Under the pieces are notes generated by a model that saw only the letters and a list, made by a program, of their open reading frames with translations, did no database searches and was not told the origin of the DNA. A DNA stretch of 64,000 bases, taken from NCBI GenBank assembly GCA_030765145.1, contig JAVCDA010000082.1:27152-91151 (forward strand), read 5' to 3'. The first letter of the stretch is position 1; the number at the start of each line of letters is the position of its first letter. Below are positions 56,527-64,000 of the stretch, piece after piece. Made by a program: the position numbers and the translations under genes. Source of the stretch: Candidatus Saelkia tenebricola. GTDB lineage: Bacteria > Omnitrophota > Gorgyraeia > Kaelpiales > Kaelpiaceae.

Positions 56527-58653
56527 AGTATTGATTTTATCTTTCATAATTTCTAAAATTTTATTTAATACTTCTTCTACAGTTATCAATTGCATACATT
56601 CTTTTTGCTTTTTACATTCAGCCCTATAGCAAGGAGCGCAATCTAATTTTTTCCAAATATAATAAACATTTTCCCCTAAAGGTAAATGTCTACCGGGATC
56701 TGTAGGCCCAAAAATAGCCAACACAGGAGTTTTAACTGCTGCGGCAATATGTAACGGCGCACTGTCAGGAGTAAAAAACAAATCACATTTTTTAATCAAT
56801 GCTATCAAATCCGGAATGCCTGTTTTACCGACAGCATTGATAGGTTTATTTTTACATATATTCATAATTCCCCTTGCATCCTCTTCATCTTCTTTAACAC
56901 CAGTGATAAGACATCTGATATTGTATGCGCCAAGCTCATCAATTAATTCTACGATTCTTTTTAATGGCCACCTTTTGGAACTCCACCTGTTAGATGCACC
57001 TACATTTATTCCGACTAAAGCCTGCTTTTTGCTCAACCAATGCGTTTCTAAAAATTCTTCTGACTTTCTGATCTGAGCATCTTCGACCCAAAGCTCCAAC
57101 TCTTTATCTATGCTTCTAATGCCCAGCTTGGATAATAAAACCATTTGATGATCAACCGGACTTAAAACTTCTTGAGACAATCTCTGCCCTTTATTGAGCA
57201 AAACAGAAAACTTACCGTTTAAAAAACCGTATCTTTGATAAATGCCAGACAAATAAGCTATTAATCTGCTGAGTTTATTATGCTGTAAATCTATGGAAAT
57301 TTCAGGCGCAATTTTCCTTATCTGTTTTACACAGCGAACTAATCCTTGATATTTTAAATTGAAACTTGGATAAATTAATAGCTTATCAATATAAGGACAA
57401 TTTTTAAAAACAGGTGCCACATTAGCTGAAGTTAAAAGAAAAATACGAGCTCTCGGAAACTTTTCCCTTATGGCCCGTGTACTCGGAATGGCTAAAACAG
57501 CATCGCCTAAAGCTCCAAACTTGATAATTAAAACTGATAAATCCGAACCCGCTTTTTTATAAGCTTCTATTATACTCTTATTTACTTTATCTAAACTATA
57601 CAACTTCTCTACCCGTTCTCTTGCAGATATTGCCATATCATCGCAAAAAGAAATATTCTTAACCGCCTTAATAAGCGTCTGAGCCAAACATTTTCCATCT
57701 CCAGGAGGCACAAGAAACCCTGTTTTATTATTTTCTATAATCTCCTTATAGCCGCCTAAAGAAGTTGCCACAACCGGAACCCCTGCTGCCTGAGCTTCTA
57801 TAATAACCCTTCCAAAAGATTCTGGAATCCTGGAAGGCTGAACTAATATATTTATTTTTTTCAAAAGATCTGTAATATCATACCTGGTCCCCATAAAATC
57901 CACGGTATTTTCAAGACCGTATCTTTTAACCAATATTTCCAATTCCCTAAAATATTCCTCTTTACCGGGAGAAGGCGAACCTATAATCCAGGCACGAGAA
58001 AACGGCTTAATCTTCAATAGCTCACGGAATGCCTTGATAAATTCAGGATGCCCTTTAATGGGAGAAAGCCTGGCAATAATGGCAACGATAGGATGTTTCC
58101 AATCTTTTTCAGAAGGCAATATAAAATCATACTCGCTGATGTTAACCCCCCTGGGTATAACGTGAATTTTACTCAACGAAACATTGAAATCTTCCATCAT
58201 GTGTTTTGCTATCACTTGACTCGGACAAATTACCAACTTACCTTTTGCCATAATTTTGCTAAAAATATGCTTACTATAATAGCCGTGAGCTGTAGTAATA
58301 AAAGAAGGACTAAATTGTAAAAACTCTGCAATATTAATATCTCTGATGTATTTGCTAAAAGCCAAATATCCTAAAATAGCAGGTACGCGAGAGCGGGCAT
58401 GCAAAATATCGATATGTTCTTTCTTTAAGATCTTCAAAATCTTAGGCACCAGCCTTATTGAAAACAATGATTTCTTGTGCACCGGCAATTTATAATGTTT
58501 AATGCCAAATTCTTGCAATTCTCTTTCCAGCTTTCCGCCGTTAGAAATCACAATTGGATAATGCCCATTAAGCGCTAAATATTTAGACAGCTCAATAGTT
58601 CCCTTTTCAACCCCTCCTAAATTTAGTTCCGGTAAAATTTGTAATATCCTCAT
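56515..58653 (-). CDS. bifunctional glycosyltransferase: N-terminal GT4 domain fused to C-terminal GT9 heptosyltransferase-like domain
   Basis: N-terminal half RILQILPELNLGGVEKGTIEL...ESFGRVIIEAQAAG (GT4); C-terminal half VLIIKFGALGDAVLAIPSTRAI...DSAPLHIAAA (GT9); 712 aa. Confidence 0.8.
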   Translation of the reverse strand: MRILQILPELNLGGVEKGTIELSKYLALNGHYPIVISNGGKLERELQEFGIKHYKLPVHKKSLFSIRLVPKILKILKKEHIDILHARSRVPAILGYLAFSKYIRDINIAEFLQFSPSFITTAHGYYSKHIFSKIMAKGKLVICPSQVIAKHMMEDFNVSLSKIHVIPRGVNISEYDFILPSEKDWKHPIVAIIARLSPIKGHPEFIKAFRELLKIKPFSRAWIIGSPSPGKEEYFRELEILVKRYGLENTVDFMGTRYDITDLLKKINILVQPSRIPESFGRVIIEAQAAGVPVVATSLGGYKEIIENNKTGFLVPPGDGKCLAQTLIKAVKNISFCDDMAISARERVEKLYSLDKVNKSIIEAYKKAGSDLSVLIIKFGALGDAVLAIPSTRAIREKFPRARIFLLTSANVAPVFKNCPYIDKLLIYPSFNLKYQGLVRCVKQIRKIAPEISIDLQHNKLSRLIAYLSGIYQRYGFLNGKFSVLLNKGQRLSQEVLSPVDHQMVLLSKLGIRSIDKELELWVEDAQIRKSEEFLETHWLSKKQALVGINVGASNRWSSKRWPLKRIVELIDELGAYNIRCLITGVKEDEEDARGIMNICKNKPINAVGKTGIPDLIALIKKCDLFFTPDSAPLHIAAAVKTPVLAIFGPTDPGRHLPLGENVYYIWKKLDCAPCYRAECKKQKECMQLITVEEVLNKILEIMKDKINTLSG

Positions 58654-60581
58654 AGTATATTCATCAATGCTTCATTTATATTCTCTTTATTATTAAAAAA
58701 TCTACGCACAGGTTCTTTGCTAAGTATAAAACTTTTTTCTAAATTCTTATCGGTTATCACATCAAGTAACCCTTCTTGAAATAATTGTCCAATAAATTTT
58801 TCGTTTTTCAAGGCAATGCTACCGGTTTTAAAAACATAAACTCTCTTCCCCCATTTAAGAGCCTCAGCTATCATCGAAATGCTGTCTGAGGTTGTAACAA
58901 CAACATCGGATATAGAAAGCAGCGCATCAAATGCCCCTGGTGGATTATTTTCGCCGGCTATGATTAAAAATCTGCTATATGCTTTATTCGCAAGATGATT
59001 TTTAATTAAACGCTCAATTTGATATGGCGTTCTACGGGAAGTTGTAACTAAAAGATTTATGTCCTCTTTTTTAGACATAGTATCAATGTAAGAGAATAAT
59101 TTTTTGATTGAATCCATATTCATTTTATATTTTTTGGAACTCCCGCCTATTAAAACACCTATTTTAAAAGCATCATTATCGAGTTTGATATTGTTTGAGG
59201 ACTTAAAATCCTCTGCTTTATTAGTATCTTTTATAGAAAGAGCACCTTTATACAAAATCACGTTTTTACCTCTTAAGGAATCATGTTGTGGTGAAAATAT
59301 TAAATGGAATTTATTTTTATATATACCGGGATTTAAAATGTTTATATTGACTGCCCTGTTTTCATAACCTAAGATTGCATTCAAAGGCAATAAAGATGAC
59401 CCTGCACTTATGATATAATCAAACTTATGAGATAAAAGATCCTTATAGCTTTCGCTATCAAGCGCCCACTTCAAAATTTTTAAATGCCCCTGAGACATTT
59501 TAGAAGATAAGAGACCGAGAGAATAAAGAATTTTTTTTCTTAAAATATTCCTCCAGCCAACTTTTATTTCATGCACCCTGATCAAATCCTGTTCATCCAA
59601 ACCCCATTCCTGTTGCTGCTTCTTCAACAACAGACTCTTTAACTCACGAGCAACTACTTCAGATTGCTTGTAATGTCCCGGTTTACCATCTGAAATAATC
59701 AAAATATCTTTGTTTGCAGAATGTTTCCATCTTTTATGAAACCAAAGCCATTGTTCTGGATTTTTCCTAATATACCTCTCTAAAATATTGTTATAATCCG
59801 CGAGTATTTCATTGTTGGATTTGTTTAAATCAAGCTGGGGATAAAAAGTCAGCTTATGTTTTATTAATCCTACCCTCCGTAAAAATAATGGCACTACTAT
59901 TGAATTCGTTGTTCTGGCCAACGAAATAAACCCCGGGTTGGTAGATGCATACCTATCGAATAATTTAACTTGGATACCATTTTTCCCGGCATTTTGATCA
60001 GCAAGAATACCTATACACTTACCTTCCCTTAGCATCTTAATAACTGTTTTCAAGCTAAATCCTTTTGCTACAACAACACAGCCCCATTTACTTCTGGACC
60101 TGTTTAAAAGATTATTAAGACGGCGATATTTCTGTTCTCGGGCAATAACGAAACTGGGATATCCCAATACCGCACCAATAGATGAAAGCAGCTCCCAGCT
60201 GTTATAATGCGCTGTCAAAAAGATTATCCCCTTACCTGATAAAGCTTCTGTATTTAGCACTGCTTGTCCATTTATATCCACAACCCCAAGAATTCCTTCT
60301 TTATCTAACTTAGACGAAAGTACAAATTCCATAACAGAAAGTGCTAGATTAAAAATAGACCTTCTCATTAACCGTTTAATTGCAGCAGGACTTTTTTTGG
60401 GAAAAGCATATTTTAAATTAATATACGCTATATCCGCTCTACGAGTGTATAAAAACGATAATAAATATATGCTCCCCGCACCTAAAACAACTCCTGCCCG
60501 ATAAGGGAAGAGTTCAAAAAAACCTTTAACCGTTAAGGCGAGCCAATAAAATATCCAGTCTTCCAAATAACGCTTCCGCAT
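58650..60581 (-). CDS. lpxL: lipid A biosynthesis late acyltransferase (LpxL/HtrB family) fused to a C-terminal ELM1/DUF1022-like domain
   Basis: N-terminal TM WIFYWLALTVKGFFELFPY and an LpxL-type body aligning to E. coli LpxL (its catalytic HxxxxD motif was not located here); the C-terminal roughly 340 aa (DILIISDGKPGHYKQSEVVA...) resembles the ELM1-like family. ORF overlaps lpxK by 56 nt. Confidence 0.7.
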   Translation of the reverse strand: MRKRYLEDWIFYWLALTVKGFFELFPYRAGVVLGAGSIYLLSFLYTRRADIAYINLKYAFPKKSPAAIKRLMRRSIFNLALSVMEFVLSSKLDKEGILGVVDINGQAVLNTEALSGKGIIFLTAHYNSWELLSSIGAVLGYPSFVIAREQKYRRLNNLLNRSRSKWGCVVVAKGFSLKTVIKMLREGKCIGILADQNAGKNGIQVKLFDRYASTNPGFISLARTTNSIVVPLFLRRVGLIKHKLTFYPQLDLNKSNNEILADYNNILERYIRKNPEQWLWFHKRWKHSANKDILIISDGKPGHYKQSEVVARELKSLLLKKQQQEWGLDEQDLIRVHEIKVGWRNILRKKILYSLGLLSSKMSQGHLKILKWALDSESYKDLLSHKFDYIISAGSSLLPLNAILGYENRAVNINILNPGIYKNKFHLIFSPQHDSLRGKNVILYKGALSIKDTNKAEDFKSSNNIKLDNDAFKIGVLIGGSSKKYKMNMDSIKKLFSYIDTMSKKEDINLLVTTSRRTPYQIERLIKNHLANKAYSRFLIIAGENNPPGAFDALLSISDVVVTTSDSISMIAEALKWGKRVYVFKTGSIALKNEKFIGQLFQEGLLDVITDKNLEKSFILSKEPVRRFFNNKENINEALMNIL

Positions 60582-61581
60582 TTTTTAAAAACTCCAAATT
60601 TATTTTAATTAAAAACACCTTGTTCCCTGAAAAAGCTTTTTTTACAATATCTATCTTGTCTTTGATTTTGATATAATCTTTCTCGGTAATAAATATATTT
60701 TTTATCTCTCTATCCAGATCAGCAGCGACTTTAAACAGATCCTCCTTAGAAAAATCATGATGATCAGGGAAAAGAAACGATTGTTTTACATCTGCCCCCA
60801 AAACACGTAATGTATTAATCACAGAATCAGGATCTGCTACTGCTGTTAAAACAGCTCCTTCCATATTTCTAAGCACATCCAAGTCTATTGCTGTTCCATC
60901 TAATATATCTATTGCCTCTTTAACTTTGTAGCGGCTGAATATTATCGGAGCCTGAGAATTATATTGTTTTACATCCTCCGTAAGCATGTTTTCTTCACTA
61001 TAATTATCCGCCTTGTTAAAAACTATTATATCCGCTCTTTTGATAGCTGTAATTTCCTCTCTAAGATTCCCTCGTGGAATCAAAAACCCATTTCCAAAAG
61101 GCAGTTTATAATTAAGGCAAAGCACCTCGATTTCTTTTTTAATTCCCCATTGCTGATAACCATCATCCAATATGATAACATCAACTACCTTACTGCTAAC
61201 CGCTTTCTCAATTGAAACCCGTTTAGTTTTCTCCTGGAAAACCGGGATATCTCCCAGCTTATCCGCCATCATTTTAACCTCATCCTGATAAGACCTGCCA
61301 TGATGAACTATGGCAACCTCTACATTTCGTTCTTTGAGATATCTTGCGATTTCAATTACAAAAGGCGTCTTGCCTGTTCCTCCCCAGGTAATATTGCCTA
61401 TAGAAATTATCGGAACTTTATAACTGATTTGCTTTTTAGTTCTAATCAATCTTAAAACTTTAATTACGCACAGATAAACATAGGAGAGCACACCAAGAAT
61501 AAAAAGAATCACTAAAATAAAAAAATTCCGGCTTTCACTGTTTATTAAATTGGAATATGCTTTTTCAATACCTATATTCAT
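60526..61581 (-). CDS. lpxK: tetraacyldisaccharide 4'-kinase
   Basis: N-terminal TM, then ISIGNITWGGTGKTPFVIEIARYL P-loop characteristic of LpxK; 351 aa. Confidence 0.85.
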   Translation of the reverse strand: MNIGIEKAYSNLINSESRNFFILVILFILGVLSYVYLCVIKVLRLIRTKKQISYKVPIISIGNITWGGTGKTPFVIEIARYLKERNVEVAIVHHGRSYQDEVKMMADKLGDIPVFQEKTKRVSIEKAVSSKVVDVIILDDGYQQWGIKKEIEVLCLNYKLPFGNGFLIPRGNLREEITAIKRADIIVFNKADNYSEENMLTEDVKQYNSQAPIIFSRYKVKEAIDILDGTAIDLDVLRNMEGAVLTAVADPDSVINTLRVLGADVKQSFLFPDHHDFSKEDLFKVAADLDREIKNIFITEKDYIKIKDKIDIVKKAFSGNKVFLIKINLEFLKNAEALFGRLDILLARLNG

Positions 61582-62870
61582 CTTAATCTTGAAAATATTG
61601 CATCCGCGGTTTTATCTAACACCCCTTTGTTTTTTAATGCCACCTGATATGCTCTTTCACCAAGAGAGGCTTTTAGCCGACTATCTTTAATAATCATCCT
61701 CAAAGAATCTTCAATATTGTTTTTTTCAGATACTAATATCGCATTGTCTTTTAAAAACTCTAGAACAATTTCTTCAAAATTATAAAAATAAGGCCCGATG
61801 AGAATTGCTTTTCTAAAAAGCGCAGGTTCTATTATGTTATGCCCTCCAAAAGGCAAAAGGCTTCCGCCTATAAATACAAAATCTGCCATTTTATACAAAG
61901 ATGCCAAAAAACCTGTTTCATCAATAAGAAATATACTCTGAGAGGATGAAAATTTAAAACCAGAGGAGAATAAATCTATGCCGAACCCTGATTGTTTTAC
62001 ATAGTTCGTAAATCTTTCCAGCCCCTTTAAGTGCCGGGGTGCAATGAGAAATTTTAAATCCGGATAGCTTTTAACTATATTCTGGTAGGCTTTAAAAATC
62101 ATAATATCTTCACCTCTATGAGTACTTCCAGCTATGAAAAGAGGGTGATTATTCTCCTTCAAAAAACATTCTAACTGTTCAATACGCCTGTCTTCCCTTA
62201 CCTTAAGAGTCATAAGGTCAAATTTCAACGTCCCTTGAGAAACGATTCTTTCATCTTCCAGACCCAGAGATTTTAATCTGCCTGATGCAACCTCTCCGCT
62301 TGAACAGACAAAATCAAAAATATTTAAAATTCTTCTTGTTAACGGCTTTAAGATTTTATACTTAGGATACGATTGTTTAGAAATCCGTGCATTGACCAGA
62401 CCAACTAAAGCATTGCATCTTTTAGCCTCAATTATCAAATGAGGCCAAATTTCTGTCTCTATAATCAAGACCATTTTAACACTTATTTTAGAGAAAATAT
62501 GCCTTATTAAAAAAGAAAAGTCTAAAGGCAAATACGCTACATAATCAGATAAAGCTACGTGTGCTTTTAGAAATTCCTCCCCTACAGGAGTAACTACCGT
62601 AAGAAGATATTTAAATTGACTGAACTCCGGCCTTAGTTTTTCGTATAGCAGCACTGCCAGTCTTGCCTCTCCGAGACTTACCGCATGAATCCATATAAGA
62701 GGCCTCTTTTCTTTTAATATTCTCCGCCATCTCATAAGACATATTCTCTCCAACCAGCCAGAATGATATTTTCTTTTTAAAACATAAAGCATCAAAATAG
62801 CCGGTAGGAATAAACCGTAAACTATATCAAGTATTATTTTAAAACTAAGCCCGGGGATGAGTTTTTTCAT
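61578..62870 (-). CDS. waaA: 3-deoxy-D-manno-octulosonic acid (Kdo) transferase, GT30
   Basis: N-terminal membrane anchor; HAVSLGEARLAVLLYEKL and C-terminal GGSLLPFGGHNIIEPA motifs of KdtA/WaaA; 430 aa. Confidence 0.85.
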   Translation of the reverse strand: MKKLIPGLSFKIILDIVYGLFLPAILMLYVLKRKYHSGWLERICLMRWRRILKEKRPLIWIHAVSLGEARLAVLLYEKLRPEFSQFKYLLTVVTPVGEEFLKAHVALSDYVAYLPLDFSFLIRHIFSKISVKMVLIIETEIWPHLIIEAKRCNALVGLVNARISKQSYPKYKILKPLTRRILNIFDFVCSSGEVASGRLKSLGLEDERIVSQGTLKFDLMTLKVREDRRIEQLECFLKENNHPLFIAGSTHRGEDIMIFKAYQNIVKSYPDLKFLIAPRHLKGLERFTNYVKQSGFGIDLFSSGFKFSSSQSIFLIDETGFLASLYKMADFVFIGGSLLPFGGHNIIEPALFRKAILIGPYFYNFEEIVLEFLKDNAILVSEKNNIEDSLRMIIKDSRLKASLGERAYQVALKNKGVLDKTADAIFSRLR

Positions 62871-63717
62871 AGATTCTTTTCAATCCCTCTAAAGTTAAAT
62901 GCGTATAAATCTGGGTTGTGGAAAGGCTGGCATGACCTAAAAGTTCCTGAACACTCCTTAGGTCTGCGCCTCTATCTAAAAGATGTGTTGCAAAAGAATG
63001 CCTTAATGTATGAGGCGAAACATCTATTTTTAGCCCTGCTATTAAAGCATGTTTTTTTATAATCCTATTAATGCTTCTCTCTGTAATTCTGCTTCCAAAC
63101 TTGTTTAAGAAAAGCGCACTTTTATTCCCATAACCCAATGTTTTTCTGATCTCAAGATAGATTTTGACAGCACGAAGAGCCTTGCCTCCTATCGGTAAAA
63201 TTCTTTCCTTCTTACCTTTACCATAAACTTTTACTAATTGAGAGATAAAATCCAAATCCTGAAAATTCAAGTTTACTAGTTCGCTAACTCTTATCCCTGT
63301 TGAATACATGGTTTCCATAATAGCCTGGTCTCTTAATGAAAAATAATTCGGTTTTGGTGAAATATCCAGTAGTTGACTCACCTCTGAATAGGAAAGGAAT
63401 TTTGGTAAAGGTTTATCAAGTTTTACACCGCTTATGGACAGGCACGGATTCTTCTTGATATAACCTTCCCGCATTAAAAACTTAAAGAAACTCCTCAAAC
63501 AAGACAACCTTCTTGAAATAGTTCTTTTGGAATCACTCCTCGTTCTTAAATAAGCAATAAACCTTCTAAGATCCAAATGGTTAACACTTTTGATATCTTT
63601 AGTGCCTAAAAATTCTTGGAATATGATTAAATCCTCGGTATAGCTTTTTATAGTATAAAACGAAACTTCTTTCTCTATCTTCAGATATCTTAAAAACTTT
63701 TCTTTTTCCTTAAACAT
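62845..63717 (-). CDS. xerD: tyrosine recombinase XerC/XerD family
   Basis: N-terminal SAM-like domain (YTIKSYTEDL); C-terminal catalytic HTLRHSFATHLLDRGADLRSVQELLGHASLSTTQIYTH (R..H-R-H...Y). Confidence 0.85.
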   Translation of the reverse strand: MFKEKEKFLRYLKIEKEVSFYTIKSYTEDLIIFQEFLGTKDIKSVNHLDLRRFIAYLRTRSDSKRTISRRLSCLRSFFKFLMREGYIKKNPCLSISGVKLDKPLPKFLSYSEVSQLLDISPKPNYFSLRDQAIMETMYSTGIRVSELVNLNFQDLDFISQLVKVYGKGKKERILPIGGKALRAVKIYLEIRKTLGYGNKSALFLNKFGSRITERSINRIIKKHALIAGLKIDVSPHTLRHSFATHLLDRGADLRSVQELLGHASLSTTQIYTHLTLEGLKRIYEKTHPRA

Positions 63718-63748
63718 CAGTTTGATTTATATTTTAAATCCAAAAGAA

Positions 63749-64000
63749 TTATTCAGGCAGCTTGCTGGTAGTAAACCTGCATTCGGGATAATTTGAACAG
63801 CCGTAAAAAACTCTTCCTTTCCCGCTCTTCTTTTTAACAAGCTCTCCCCCACAGCCTTCTTCGGTACAGCTTATTCCGGTTGTAATAGCTTTTGAATTTT
63901 TACAATCCGGATATCCAGAGCAACCTAAAAACCTGCCATTTCTACCCCATTTTATAAGCATATTCTTACCGCACAATTCACATATTTGATCGGTTTCTTG
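63749..64000 (-). CDS. topA: DNA topoisomerase I, C-terminal zinc-finger region (5'-truncated by the window edge)
   Basis: Two Topo-I-type C4 zinc ribbons (CGKNM...GCSGYPDC; CTEEGCGG...GCSNYPEC); the ORF runs off the window end. Confidence 0.6.
   Translation of the reverse strand, partial: QETDQICELCGKNMLIKWGRNGRFLGCSGYPDCKNSKAITTGISCTEEGCGGELVKKKSGKGRVFYGCSNYPECRFTTSKLPE

Noticed and set aside
1-64000. CRISPR arrays, IS elements/transposases, rRNA genes, prophage genes
   Set aside because: I found no regularly spaced direct repeats, no transposase or integrase-like ORFs apart from the chromosomal-type xerC/D gene, and no rRNA-like conserved sequence.

Overview
The window is an AT-rich (about one-third GC) bacterial chromosomal segment from a diderm, Gram-negative-type organism. 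The lipid A and core-LPS genes at the 3' end (lpxK, waaA, lpxL-like, GT9 heptosyltransferases) support that.

Housekeeping and general features:
- GH57 branching enzyme paired with a DUF4912/Rho_N protein.
- A tightly coupled NfeD(long)-NfeD(short)-FloA flotillin operon, flanked by tRNA-Ala(GGC) and tRNA-Leu(CAA).
- CcdA plus a TlpA-like thioredoxin.
- A GH94 glycoside phosphorylase next to tRNA-Glu(CUC).
- rRNA m5C methyltransferase, 3-methyladenine glycosylase, a XerC/D recombinase and the C-terminal end of topA.

The dominant feature is a roughly 37 kb, almost uniformly minus-strand island (about 13.5-50.7 kb). It contains:
- 10 radical SAM enzymes: six B12-binding class B type and four non-B12, three of them with SPASM-like C-terminal Cys clusters.
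- Three paralogous UGM/amine-oxidase-like FAD oxidoreductases.
- Seven polytopic GT-C-like membrane proteins: two with the ArnT/PMT DE signature, plus five paralogs with an unassigned 'DxWxxW...YPxG' N-terminal motif, including a mosaic tandem pair.
- A U32 'peptidase' pair of the O2-independent hydroxylase type.
- A DegT aminotransferase, an AsnB amidotransferase, a PP-loop ATPase and a GNAT.

I could not recognise this composition as any characterised pathway. I flag it as a candidate undescribed anaerobic glycoconjugate or lipid tailoring system. No CRISPR array, IS element, rRNA or obvious prophage was seen.
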